Positions 40,715-51,623 of a stretch of DNA of 64,000 nt are shown here, one piece after another. The stretch is taken from assembly GCA_963701395.1 (NCBI GenBank), contig CAVOZU010000007.1, positions 514,053-578,052 on the forward strand. Reading direction: 5' to 3'. A program made the translations under genes and the position numbers. This DNA comes from an uncultured Actinomycetes bacterium. Its GTDB lineage: Bacteria; Actinomycetota; Thermoleophilia; Gaiellales; Gaiellaceae. Each line of letters opens with the position of its first letter. Position 1 is the first letter of the stretch. The notes below the pieces were generated by a model. It had not been told where the DNA came from, ran no database searches, and saw only the letters and a program-made list of their open reading frames with translations.

Positions 40715-42116
40715 GTGGTTCGGGCAGGCATCTACGCGCGGATCTCGTCTGACCGGGACGGGGATCACCTGGGGGTTGCGCCGACAGGTGGAGGATTGCG
40801 AGCGGCTGGTGGCGCTTCGGGGGTGGGAGGTTGCCGAGCGCTATGTCGATGACGATGTGAGCGCCTACAGGGGCAGGCCGCGTCCGGAGTACCGGCGCAT
40901 GCTCGATGACCTGCGTAGCGGGTTTGTGGAGGCGGTGGTGGTGTGGGATGCCGACCGTTTGCACCGGCAGCCGAAGGAGTTGGAGGAGTTCTTCGACGTG
41001 TGCAAGGCGGCCGGGGTGACGCAAGCTGGCGTCGGTGAGCGGGGATATGGACTTGTCGACGGCTGACGGGCAGTTCCATGCTCGTATCCTCGGGGCTGTG
41101 GCGAAGAAGGAGAGCGACGACAAGAGCCGCCGTATCCGGCGCAAGCACCAGGCGCTCGCCCAGGAGGGGAAGGTGTCGGGGGGCGGCACCCGACCCGTAC
41201 GGGTACGAGGCCGACAAGGGGACGGTGCGGGAGTCGGAGGCAGTGGTGATCCGGGAGTGCGCGCGCAGGTTGCTGGCCGGCGAGGCGCTGCGGTCGATCT
41301 GCGCCGACCTGGACGAGCGCGAGGTGCGAGACGGCGACCGGGAAGGCGTGGAAGCCGCAGACGCTCAGGCGGATGCTGATGTCGGGCCGGATCAGCGGGC
41401 AGCGGGAGCATCACGGCGAGCTTGTCGCAACGGCGGAGTGGCCGGCGATCATCACGCCGGCGGAGACGACCCGCATCCGCGCGCTGCTGTCCGATCCGGA
41501 GCAGGCGTACGAACAAGGTTGCCCGTCGCTACCTGCTGGTGCGGCTGCTGCGTTGCGGCCGTTGCGGGGAGACGCTCGTGTCGCGGCCGAAGGCGGGCGG
41601 CGTCCGCGCGTACGTGTGCGCGAAAGGCCCGGGCTACTCCGGCTGCGGCCGCATCACCGTGCTGGCCGACCCGTTGGAGGCGTTCGTGGTCGAGGCCGTC
41701 CTGTACCGGCTCGACTCGCCCGAGCTCGCTGCCGCCATGAACGGGTCGGCGCTGCTGATCCGGATTCGGAGCGGTGGCAGGCCGAGATCGAGCAGTCCCG
41801 GGGCGAGCTGGACGAGCTGGCAGCAATGTACGGCCGCCGCGAGATCGGCCTGTCGGAGTGGCAGGCAGCCCGGACCCCGATCGAGCGGCGCGTGACCGAA
41901 GCCCGCAAGAAGCTGTCCAGGCTCGGCCGCGCGTCGGCGCTCGACGGGCACGTCGGCAACGCCGCCGGCCTGCGGGAGCAGTGGTCAGGCGTTACCGCTG
42001 ACCAGGCAGCACGCGATCGTCGCCGCCGTCCTCGACCACGTCGTGGTCGGCCCCGGCCCGCCGCGGCTACAACCGCTTCGACCCGAGCAGGTTCACGCCC
42101 GTGTGGCGTGCTGTAG
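40715..42116 (+). CDS. large serine recombinase (integrase), several frameshifts
   Basis: GIYARISSD catalytic Ser, DRLHR, PYGY, WPAII, CGRCG/YVC..C zinc ribbon, split across frames. Confidence 0.9.
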
Positions 42117-42290
42117 CCCCGGTGCTGTCCTGCGGGGCGCCCCCCGGCTCCCGCCGGGTGCCGCCCCCAGCAGCCCCGCGACCTGCGCCAGCACCGCCGC
42201 GTCGCGGACCTTGAGCGGCAGCCGCTGCGCAGCGCACGAGGCCTCGACCCAGGAGCGCACCGTGTCCGCGGTGGGGTTAGTCCCAGGCAA
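42093..42290 (-). CDS. small protein convergent with the integrase, candidate RDF
   Basis: WVEASCAAQRLPLKVRDAAVLAQVAGLL; overlaps the Rep stop and the integrase 3' end. Confidence 0.5.
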   Translation of the reverse strand: MPGTNPTADTVRSWVEASCAAQRLPLKVRDAAVLAQVAGLLGAAPGGSRGAPRRTAPGLQHATRA

Positions 42291-43067
42291 GCCAGCACGC
42301 GGGCGGCCCTCGCCACCCGTCCCCTCGGATGAGTGCCACACGCGCGCGGGTGGCGACCCCATCACCGCCGAGGCGGTCGCGATCACGTCCTCTACGGTCG
42401 GCCCCTGCGATGCGCAGCGAACTGCGGCTTGAAGCCCTGCGCTACCTCGTAGCGGTGCAGGCCGGCCGGGCGGTCCTGGTCGAGTGCCTTGCCCGCGTAC
42501 TTGCCCAGGTAGCGGGCCGCCAGCCGCGCCTCCTCGAGCGACCCGAGACCCGACGGGCAGATCGCCGAGCAGCTTGATGTGCACGATCCCGCGGCCCCAC
42601 ACATCCCGGATCAGCGACTGCTTGACGTAGCGGCCGACCGCGAAGTGCACGTGCAGCCCGTGCCCGCCCGGATGCCACTCCGGCACCCACAGGTACGGGA
42701 ACGCCTCCCCGCCCAGAGCCGCCGCGCAGCCGCCCGGAAGAACCCCGCCACATCCGCTCGCAGCCGCCAGCGGGTCGTGGCAGCCGTCGCCCGCGTAGGT
42801 CGAGCGTGCCAAGCCGGTTCAGCCGGTTCGCAGCGCAGTAGCGGCGGATCTTCGCCCGCGCCCGACGCGCCGCCTCAGTTGCTGCACGCCCAGGATCCGA
42901 CGGGCGTCCGCGAGCAGGATCCGACAGGCGTCCGAGAGCGCCACTCCTCCGAAGGGCCGTGTGGAAGCTGCCGCCGGCCTCGCTGGCCGCTTCGTACAGG
43001 CACAGACGCCAGTACGCCCGCCACTTCTCCGCGGCAAAACGTCCTGGAACCCCGCTGAAACACTCAC
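42277..43067 (-). CDS. HUH rolling-circle replication initiator, frameshifted
   Basis: RRYCAANRLNRLGTL motif I, HGLHVHF (HUH), ARYLGKY (YxxKY), HRYEVAQGF. Confidence 0.85.
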
Positions 43068-43162
43068 TGGCCGCTCCGTCGTCGAGGAACACGACGAGCG
43101 GTCTTGCCTTCCCAGGACGCTCCCGCACACGGACGCCCCGCTCGCGGCGCGACCCGATCCAG

Positions 43163-44141
43163 CTAGAGGCTTGATGTGAAATGGGCGGGTTTCAGCAGGG
43201 ACCCGCCCGTTCGTCGCGAAGAAGGGCTTCCGACCTTGTGTCCCCTCGAGATGGGAGCTCGAGATGACGGATCTGGAAGCCCTGTCCAGTTGCGGGCTAC
43301 GTCTTCGCTGACGAGTACCCGGTCCCTGCACGGCCGGGTCGCAAGCCATTGATCAGCGATGCGGAACTGGTCGCGCTGTCGGTCGCGCAGGCAGCGATCG
43401 GGATCAGCTCAAGCCGGAGGTCCTCGGCCTGGATGGACGTGTTGCCGGGCTGGTTTCCGCATCTGCCTGACCAGTCGCAGTACAACCGCCGCCTGCGCGG
43501 GCTGGTCGAGCTGATCTCGATCGTGCAACAGCGACTCGCGCGTTCGCTCGACACAGGCGGGGTACGACTCTCAGACGGCACGTTGATCGGCGTCGCCAAC
43601 TACCCCGGCTGCCAGCACCACAGCGAGTTCGCCGGCTTCGCGCGCTTCGGGTACGCAAAGTCGCAGCACCGGTTCGTCTACGGCGTTCGCCTCGTCCTGC
43701 TCACCGACACGCGCGGGCTGCCGCTCGGCTACACGATCGTGCCCGCCAACGAGAAGGAGTACGAGCCGCTCGTCGACCTGCTCACGGGCACCCCGGCCGA
43801 GGTCGTGATCGCCGACAAAGGCTTCTGGGGGCGCGACTACGCCACCCGGCTCGCCTCCACCGGCACCCGGCTGCTCACCCCCGACCGCACCCGCACCGCC
43901 GCCAACGAACGCCGCGAACACCAGCTCGCCTCGACCCGCCTGGTGATCGAGAGCGTCTACGCGAACCTGAACGGGCAGATGCGGCTCGAGCAGCACTTCG
44001 CCCGCACACCAGCGGACTCGTCGCCGCATCGCACAACGGATCCTCGCGCTCACACTCGCGATGCTCCTCAACACCCTCAACGGCCGCCCCGCACGAGCAC
44101 TCGCCGCCTACGACGGCCGCTCAATCACATCAAGCCTCTAG
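43163..44141 (+). mobile_element. IS982-family insertion sequence with frameshifted DDE transposase (~43264-44141)
   Basis: Inverted ends (CTAG)AGGCTTGATGTGA and TCACATCAAGCCT(CTAG); SDAELV..AQ, QYNRRLR, DGT, ADKGF, IESV. Confidence 0.88.
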
Positions 44142-44357
44142 CTGGCGGACAAAGCCCGCCCTGAGGATTTCAGCACTAAGAACGTAACCGCCACGTCGGA
44201 CGGAACCGCCCGGTGGGCCGCCGCCGCCTCACGGTTTGCGCCGGCCCGTCGCGCGCCTACGGCGCAACGCAGGGCCCCCAAGCCGAACGCAAACCGGGGG
44301 GAGGCCGGGCGGCAGCGGCGGCACCAACCGCGCGGCACACACCGCCAGAGACCGCAC

Positions 44358-44380
44358 GAGTTACGTTGCTAGTACAAGGG
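44358..44380 (-). other. candidate rolling-circle double-strand origin
   Basis: Minus strand CCTTGTACTAGCAACGTAAC upstream of Rep, CTTG-type nick motif; AACGTAAC recurs inverted at 44181. Confidence 0.4.
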
Positions 44381-44415
44381 AAGAGGAGGCGGCAGCCGGC
44401 TGCCGCCTCCTCTTC
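44380..44415. terminator. perfect 36-bp palindrome (terminator of the minus-strand gene at 44443, or origin hairpin)
   Basis: GAAGAGGAGGCGGCAGCC|GGCTGCCGCCTCCTCTTC. Confidence 0.6.
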
Positions 44416-44442
44416 TGTTGTCTGTGTTGGTGGTTGTTGCGT

Positions 44443-45566
44443 CTACCCGGCGAGGCGTACCTGTACGAGTCGGTAGCCGGCGATGCCGCCGAGCGCTGGG
44501 TCGCCCTTGCGGGAGGCCTTGATGAAGAACTGCACGTTGAAGCCGTTCCGTGGCTGCGGGAACAGCCGGTTCGGAACGAGGGTCAGTGTCACGTAGCCGT
44601 CGGCTTGCGTGGCCTGGGTCTGACCTTGCACGACCAGGGGCGTCGCACGCATGAACACGATCGCTCCGTTGACCGGTCGGCCTCCTCGTGCGGTGATCCG
44701 GACGCGTGCCGTGATCGGTGCGGTGCTGCTTCTCACCGGGTTCGGCGAGAACTGCACCGACGCGATGACGAGGCGGTCGCCTGCGGCCTTCAGGTCGCTG
44801 ACTGCCACGGAGTTCCCGGGGGACGGCGGCGGGCTGTTCGAGCCGACGACGCCTGTCGGGTTCGAGATCGCTGATGTCGAGCCGCGGTCGTTTCTCGCGA
44901 TCACCCGGACGCGGATCGTGCGACCGGTGTCGCTGTCTCGGATCTCGTATTCCGGGTCGTTCGCGCCCTGGATCTCGCTGCAGTTGTTGCCCTTCGGGTT
45001 GCAGCGAAGCCAGACGAACGAGTACGTGATCGGGTCTTCTCCGCCCCACTGGCCGCGGTTCGCGTTGAGCACGTTGCCTGCCACGGCTGTGCCTTGATCG
45101 ACGGCTCCGTCCGTGTTGAAGGGCTTGGCGGACGTGATCAGCGCTGTCGGGTTCGACGTTGCCGTGTCGGAGCCGTCGTCGTTGGTTGCTTTCACCTGCG
45201 AACGGATCCTGGAGCCGGCATCGGCCTCGCGCAGGACGTAGCTGGCGTTGTTGGCGTTCGTGATCCGCTTGCAGTCCGACGCGTCCGGCTTGCCGGCCCC
45301 GTCGCACCGGAACCAGCTGTAGTCGTACTCGATCGGCGTGGTGCCGGCCCAGGTGCCTTGCGTCGTCTGCAGGACCTGGCCGACGCGAGGCGTGCCTTTG
45401 ATCGACGGCTCCCCGGTGTTCTTCGGGGCGGCGTTTGTCGCGGCACCGGACGCTCCGGCGAGCAGTCGCCGCCATGATGGCACCTACCGCTACGAGTGCA
45501 GCCGATCCGGCGAGGCTCGCGATGCCCACGCGCTCGCATGCGTCGATGCTTCGTGTTCGCTCTCAT
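44443..45566 (-). CDS. secreted protein with two Ig-like beta-sandwich repeats, indels in the 5' part
   Basis: Signal peptide; repeats P.NT.EP.I.GT..VG..G.W.G..PI.Y...W.RC..C..Y..D.G..IR. Confidence 0.75.
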
Positions 45567-45832
45567 CTCATGCTCCTTCCCAATGGCTCCCTCGACCTGT
45601 GTCGAGGCGTCGCCGCAAACGCTCCCCAGCCGGGAAGGCCTTCTGCTGTGTTTGAGAAGAGGGCCGCGACCGCTCGGCATCGCCGTAGGTTTCGGCGAAC
45701 CGCAGTCGCTTCAAAGCTGACTAGCCGTGTAAGCGTAGCCGCAACCACCGCAGACCGTCGGGGCCGCACGATCTGCGCAGACGACCGGCGTTGGAACCGT
45801 GGCCGCTCGATTCGCGCGGGCGACGGGTCTTC

Positions 45833-46433
45833 TTAGGCCGTATCGACGTCGTGCGCTGTCGTTGCCGACGGGCTCGACAGCAACAAGAGGTGGCTCTCGA
45901 CCACCGCGTCTGCAACGTCGATCAGCTTCCGTCCGTTGTGCTGCGAATGAGAGCGGAGCATCGCGAACGCCTCTTTCTGGTCGATCGCGTGGCGTGCCAT
46001 GAGGATGCCTTTCGCCTGCTCGATCACCGCCCGACGCCCGAACGCACCCTGAAGGTTCTGATATTCGGCGAAACGGTGAAGCGTGATCTCGATCGCGCTC
46101 TGTAGCTCCTCGGCGTCGGCGTCGACGATGTAGGCGAACACGCCACGCTTGGCGGCCTCCCGGATATAGCTCGGGTCCTTCGCGGAAAGCAGCGCGATCA
46201 CCGGGCAGGTGGACTCGTGAACGAGTCTCCCCGATCAATTCCAGCGCGTGCTCCGAGCTCAATCCAAGCCCGACCAAAGCCACGTCGGGATGCTCCCTCG
46301 CCGTGACCGCGCCCACTTCCTTGACGTCGACCTCGCGAGCAATGACATCGTGGCCGAGGCCCATGACAACCCGGGCGAGCAACTCCAGCCGATCCTTGCG
46401 CTCGTTCGCGATCAGAACACGAAGAGGTGACAT
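45833..46433 (-). CDS. REC-ANTAR response regulator, frameshifted
   Basis: Receiver-like N-terminus; RAVIEQAKGILM..EAF..LR..SQ ANTAR motif. Confidence 0.85.
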
Positions 46434-46735
46434 CTGCGCAACGTCCACTGGCCTACTCGAAGCATAAGCATCGATGACGGGCTGGCGCCCCACCAGGTCT
46501 TGGCGCGCGGATCCCGAGGTCTGCCTCAATGGACGTCTCTGAACCATCGGGCATGCTCGCATCCCGTTCGCGCATGCCGTACGTCGTCGAGCCACGCCAA
46601 ACCGTCACCGGTGCATTGCGGTGAGCCGCTGGGATCCGACGTCGCCACTGGCATACACTGGGCGAGCGGCGCGGCCTACCCGCCCGGCCGCAACGGCCCG
46701 CGACGATCGACCGTGGGCTCGGAGGTATTGCCCAC

Positions 46736-47127
46736 ATGCAGCATTGGAACCTGACAGCAGCGAACGAGGGAAGCAGAACCGGCCCGCGAGTCCTCTTCTC
46801 GAACCCCGAAGCGCGTGGCGTTGTGATGGACCTTGCGCAGGACGAGGAGATGGGCGACCATCAGGTTCGCGAGCGGGCGCTAGTCCACGTCCTGCGGGGA
46901 GCGTGACGTGCACCAGCGGAGCTGATACCGCAACGTGTGTGGAGGGCACGCTCATCGTCTTCGAACCCGGCGAGCCTCATACGCTGCGTGCGCTGCAGCC
47001 GACGCGGCTCTTCCTCACCCTTGCCCCCTGGCCGGCACAGGGCCACTACGGCGACGCGGCAGGCGATGACCCGCACGAGCTTCCCGTGCACGCAACGCAG
47101 CCCCCGCTAGGCGACCGCCCCTTGTAG
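46736..47127 (+). CDS. cupin domain protein, one frameshift in a G-run (~46898)
   Basis: MQHWNL..PRVLFS.PE.R..DHQVRE / FEPGEPH..L.LAPWP. Confidence 0.75.
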
Positions 47128-47180
47128 CCGACGCACTCAAGGCCGAGACGTGCGGCAGCGCCTGATCGACGCCAGTTCTC

Positions 47181-47745
47181 GGGTGACATTCCCGAACGCT
47201 GGCGCAGGCCGGGGTGCTGCAACGGGTCTATGCGTCACGAACCTCGGTGGCGGCTTCCCGCACCTTGTCAGCCAGTTCCGCCGGGGTTAGCCGGTCGGAG
47301 CGCAGCAGAGCGTCCCAGGGGTTGACGCGCAGCGGCAGCCACGATCTCGTCCAGGCCGGTCATACCGACTTCGCGAGCGAAGTCGTCCCAGCTCTCCTCC
47401 ATCGGGGTGAGTCACGCGGAATGAGCCGCTCCGGAGCATCGTGGCATCGCCGCGCAGCGACAGAGCCGTTGCGACGACCAGTTCTCGCCAGCTGGGCAAG
47501 TTCTGGAAGTCGCCATTTGGCGGAATCCACTTCCAGAGCATGAGGCCGACATCCTCAGGGTCGTAAACGACGGCATCGGGAATCTGTCTATGCAGCTCCT
47601 CCGCAAGCGTCGTCTTGCCCGAGCCGAAGCCGCCGTTAATCCAGATGATCACCGGGTCAAACCTATCTCGGCCCGCCGCCAGAAGCAGCATTACGACGTA
47701 TCGACGTCGAGCGACAGCACCGCACCCTGGGTGACATTCCCGAAC
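47181..47745 (+). repeat. perfect 17-bp direct repeat flanking the tmrB-like gene
   Basis: GGGTGACATTCCCGAAC at 47181-47197 and 47729-47745. Confidence 0.85.
47228..47652 (-). pseudogene. TmrB-like P-loop (AAA_33) protein, internally deleted and frameshifted
   Basis: IIWINGGFGSGKTT..YDPE.VG..DFQ.LP.WR; C-terminal LTPAELA in another frame. Confidence 0.75.
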
Positions 47746-47927
47746 TGTGAGTGTGCGGGTGTCCCGTCTGGGGCGTTTGTCAGGTTGGCGTCGGTGCTCT
47801 TCGGTCGTGACTCAATTTCCGAATGACCCGCTGTTGCGGTGTCTTTCCAGTGATGTGTCCGAGCGGAGAGTCCGGTCTCGATCCCCCGCGTCATTCTGCT
47901 CGGCAGGTATAAAAACTACCATTCTGC

Positions 47928-47952
47928 ATAAACTACTGCTACAGTAGTTTAT
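47928..47952. promoter_or_regulatory. AT-rich inverted-repeat operator over the TA promoter
   Basis: ATAAACTACTG-cta-CAGTAGTTTAT directly before the ATG. Confidence 0.75.
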
Positions 47953-48999
47953 ATGGAAAGAGTAGTTAATCGGCTGGCTGAGACCCTGGCCCGCACACTG
48001 GAGCGCCCAGTTGCAGAGGCAAAGGAGACGGGGCCGCGGTCTGCTCTCGCCACGATAGCGGTGGGACGCAAGAACCACAGACTTGACCTCCGCTGGATCG
48101 GTCGCGGCTGGCCTGCGGATGTCGAGCAGTCGCTGCTCGACATCCCCTCGCCGTGGCCACGACAACTCGTGCTGGTGGCTCAGCGCTTCTCACCCGGTGC
48201 GCTTGCACAACTCGCCGAGCGGGACGCGAACTGGGTTGATGAGACAGGAGCCGCCAGAATCGCCACCGCCAGCGGTCTCCTCGTTGTGCGCGACTCGATC
48301 GAGGACGCGGTCGTCCCGACTCTGCGTGCCGGCTTTCGCTGGGGCGCGTCTTCCGTCGCAATCGCCGAGTTGCTCCTCACGCGCCCATCCGAGGGAATGT
48401 TCAGCGCTGGCGAGATCTCCAATACTTCGGGCTGGTCACATGCGCAGACGACAAAGCTCCTCCGTCAGTTCAGCGATCGCAGATGGGTTGAGAAGGTAGG
48501 TGGCTCCCGGGGTGTCGGCTCCGGATGGAGGCTCAAAGATGCCGCCGCCTTGCTCGATGCCTGGACGCAGCACCTTGTCACCCACCCTCCCCAAAGCGTG
48601 CTCGCCCATCGCGTCTTTCGTGATCCGATGGGATTCATCAGAGCCGAGCTAGCGCCCGCACTCAACCCTCGAATGGGATGGGCGCTTTCCGGCTGGGCTG
48701 GACTAGAGCTCACAGCGCCGTTCGTCACCGCGGTGCCCGTCGTTCACGTCGCGATCGACGAACAGGCACTTGTCGACGGACGTCTGCGCGAGGCGATGCG
48801 GGAAGCAAGACTGCGGGAGGTCGGGGACGGAGCGCGGGTCGAGTTCCGCCCGCTACCTCCATTCGCGATCTCACTTGCAGCTCCGCAACGCAAGCTGCCC
48901 GTCGTAAGTCCACCGCGGCTTTACGCCGACCTACGAGCACTCGGCGGACGAGGAGAGGACGCGGCGGACCATGTCCGAGAGGAACTACTCCATGTCTGA
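47953..48999 (+). CDS. AbiEi-like type IV antitoxin / transcription regulator
   Basis: WVDETG.A N-domain, wHTH, LLDAW, ALSG..G, RLYADL..GGRGEDAA. Confidence 0.75.
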   Translation: MERVVNRLAETLARTLERPVAEAKETGPRSALATIAVGRKNHRLDLRWIGRGWPADVEQSLLDIPSPWPRQLVLVAQRFSPGALAQLAERDANWVDETGAARIATASGLLVVRDSIEDAVVPTLRAGFRWGASSVAIAELLLTRPSEGMFSAGEISNTSGWSHAQTTKLLRQFSDRRWVEKVGGSRGVGSGWRLKDAAALLDAWTQHLVTHPPQSVLAHRVFRDPMGFIRAELAPALNPRMGWALSGWAGLELTAPFVTAVPVVHVAIDEQALVDGRLREAMREARLREVGDGARVEFRPLPPFAISLAAPQRKLPVVSPPRLYADLRALGGRGEDAADHVREELLHV

Positions 49000-49840
49000 C
49001 TTCGAACTCGAGCGTTCGCCACAAGCCCGCGCGCTCGCGGAGGATGCTCTGGTCCGGCTTCTCGATGCGCTCGGAGATCATGAGCTCGACCTCGTGGTGC
49101 TCGGAGGTCTGGTACCAGAGCTCCTTACTCGTAGCGAAGGAGACGAGAGCCCGGCACACCTCGGCACGACAGACATCGACATCCACATCTCCTTCGTCGC
49201 CGACCCCGAAAGCGATCTCAGCGCGCTCGAACTCGCGCTCGAGGCCGTCGAGGCCGAGCCAGACCCAAAGATCGATGGTTGGCGCTGGCTGATCCCTATC
49301 GACGGTGCGCGCGTGAGGATCGAGTTTCTTTGCGACCGTGAAGACACGCGAGCTGGCACACCCATCCAACTTCCCGGCTGTGACCGGGTGAAGGCCGCAA
49401 ACCTGCGCGGCACCGGTTTCGTCGCCCGCGACTGGGTCGAGGAACGAATCGAGCGAACGACTGACGGTGTCACGAAGACGCGCAGGGCCCGGTTCGCCGG
49501 GCTCGAGGGCTATTTGATGGCGAAGACATACGCCGCGCGGTATCGCGGGCAAGACAAGGACTACTACGACCTCGTCCACGTGCTTCTCTACAACCGCGCT
49601 GGAGGCCCAGGAGAGGCGGGTCGACTACTCGCGAGCGGACAGTTCGGCGAGGACGTGGGAGCCGCGACGCCCCTCTTCCGCGAGATCGGGGCTCGATTCG
49701 CAGACGAGACAGGGTTCGCTGCAAGCAGCTACGCGAAGCAAGCGCTCGGGATCGAGCTCGAGGGAAACGCGGCACAGATGCGACAGGACGCAGTCGGTGC
49801 AGTCGGCGACTTCATCGCAGGACTGGGACTGGCGTACTGA
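48992..49840 (+). CDS. AbiEii-like nucleotidyltransferase toxin
   Basis: VLGGL..T.DIDI NTase motif; K..A..R..KDYYDL. Confidence 0.8.
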   Translation: MSDFELERSPQARALAEDALVRLLDALGDHELDLVVLGGLVPELLTRSEGDESPAHLGTTDIDIHISFVADPESDLSALELALEAVEAEPDPKIDGWRWLIPIDGARVRIEFLCDREDTRAGTPIQLPGCDRVKAANLRGTGFVARDWVEERIERTTDGVTKTRRARFAGLEGYLMAKTYAARYRGQDKDYYDLVHVLLYNRAGGPGEAGRLLASGQFGEDVGAATPLFREIGARFADETGFAASSYAKQALGIELEGNAAQMRQDAVGAVGDFIAGLGLAY

Positions 49841-50009
49841 GCTTCTCGACGATCCCCGTCACGCTCCTAACCTCTGCGTGAGCCAACGCTCTCTCAACAG
49901 CGCGGCTTAGCTGCGAGCAGCACCGCGGGCACGCCTTCATCAGCGTAACCACCGATGCGCGTCGCGCTCGACGGCGGCATCATGGCTCAGTCAACCAAGG
50001 GAGACGGCC

Positions 50010-50237
50010 ATGGAGTCGTTGGACGCAACCCTCTACGAGCGTGTTGACAGTCACCTTTCCTCGCACAAGGGGTCAGGAGCGCAGCCGCTTCTGGCGACAA
50101 CGAGCACGTACGCTGCAATCCATGAGCTCATCGCGCGAACCGAAGGGCTCGAAGAAGCAATCCGTGAGATCGCGCTCGAGGTGGAGAAGCTGGCTGCGAC
50201 GCACGTGCACGAAGCGCCTCTGATCGGGCAGGCGTAG
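50010..50237 (+). CDS. small hypothetical coiled-coil protein
   Basis: AAGGGAG Shine-Dalgarno; 75 aa. Confidence 0.6.
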   Translation: MESLDATLYERVDSHLSSHKGSGAQPLLATTSTYAAIHELIARTEGLEEAIREIALEVEKLAATHVHEAPLIGQA

Positions 50238-50414
50238 CAGCTATTCCGCCCATTTCGGGTGACTTCCTCGGCCAAGTCGGTGTCCGCGGTGCGGCTTGAT
50301 GGCGGCGTCGCTCCACCGATGGAGTTCCTGCGACGGAGTCGTCTCGCCCCCGGCGAAGGCCGACAGCGCTTGGCAGGCGTGACCAGGGCGTGCATAGGTC
50401 TGGAAGAGCGACGC

Positions 50415-51623
50415 TCAGTTCTGCCGATACCGACTGTAGAGACGGCGGAGGTGCCGCCCTGGGTCGACGGAGAACTCGTGTGGGTCGATGTCGATCCAGC
50501 CGAGCCCACCGGTGAGATCGAGGCGGGTCGTTCCGACGAACGCCTGGATCGCGGCGACAGCCGGCTTGGGCGAGCCGTCGGCTCGCCACAGTCCGAACGA
50601 ACGCTCGTGTACCGCAAGGTCGATCGGCGGCTTCCCCCAGATGGCCGGGTCGTAGTCGGTGTAACACCACACCATCGCGCCGGCGCAGCCGGCGTCACGC
50701 AGCGCACCCAGGGCTCGCTGCGTGTAGGCGGCCGCGGCCTCCTCGTCGACGAAGAGCGGTGAAGGATGCCCCGTGGTTCGCTCCGGGCGGTGATCACCGG
50801 TGCGGTAGGTGGGTAGGCCAAACTCCGAGAACAGGACGTCGCGGCCGTTCCCGAGCCAGCGGGTGATGTGAGCGAGGAAGGGCAGGAGGTGGTCGTCGGT
50901 GGGGCTCTCGGCCCACGTGGCGTAGATCGGGTACCCGTGCATCGAGAGCAGATCGCACGTATCGCAGGCGTCTGCAGGTCCGAGTCTGCGATCGTTCTCG
51001 AGGTCCTCCATGTGGAGGCCGATGGTGACGAGCGCGGTCCGATCGGCCTCGCGAATCGCCGTGGTTAGTCGCTGGAGCCAGCGTCGAGCAGCCGGCCGGC
51101 TCGGTGGTACGACGCAGTTCGAGTTCTCGTTGCCGAGATCCCATGCCCAGAGCGCTTCGTGCCCGGCGAGTGAGGCGGCCGCGTCCCTCGCCAGCACCAC
51201 CTGTGCTTGGGTGATCTCGTCGTCGGCATACCAGTTGCGAAGGCCAGCCTCGCTCGGCCTGCCGCCGGAGATGACCCGGAAGCGGTCGTCGCGCTCGGAC
51301 CCGCCGAGCGCCCAGGCGGGAATCCAGTTCACTCCGCTCATGTGACCCATGAAGAGCGTGGGCACGATCGCCAAGCCAGCCACTCCGGCCAGATCCGCGA
51401 CGGTGACGAGCCGGTCGAGCATCTCCCTGTTCACCTCCTGCCGGGTCGGCTGGAAGTGTTCCCAGGTCAGGAACAGCCTGACCGAGTCGAAACCGGCGGC
51501 CGCGATCCGGGTGAAGTCGGCGGCGACCTCCGATCGGTCGAAATCAGCCCACCAGCCCATGGCGGTGCGAGCCGGCCAGTAGTTGACGCCGACGCGGAAA
51601 GAGTCGGGTTCCGGCTCAGGCGT
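50415..51623 (-). CDS. GH5-like glycoside hydrolase (mannanase-like)
   Basis: GVNYWP, WDLGNE acid/base, HGYP, SEFG nucleophile, HERSFGL. Confidence 0.85.
   Translation of the reverse strand, partial: TPEPEPDSFRVGVNYWPARTAMGWWADFDRSEVAADFTRIAAAGFDSVRLFLTWEHFQPTRQEVNREMLDRLVTVADLAGVAGLAIVPTLFMGHMSGVNWIPAWALGGSERDDRFRVISGGRPSEAGLRNWYADDEITQAQVVLARDAAASLAGHEALWAWDLGNENSNCVVPPSRPAARRWLQRLTTAIREADRTALVTIGLHMEDLENDRRLGPADACDTCDLLSMHGYPIYATWAESPTDDHLLPFLAHITRWLGNGRDVLFSEFGLPTYRTGDHRPERTTGHPSPLFVDEEAAAAYTQRALGALRDAGCAGAMVWCYTDYDPAIWGKPPIDLAVHERSFGLWRADGSPKPAVAAIQAFVGTTRLDLTGGLGWIDIDPHEFSVDPGRHLRRLYSRYRQN

Noticed and set aside
45570-45830. ANTAR target twin-hairpin RNA next to the ANTAR gene
   Set aside because: I could not find two convincing hexaloop hairpins with the conserved A and G.
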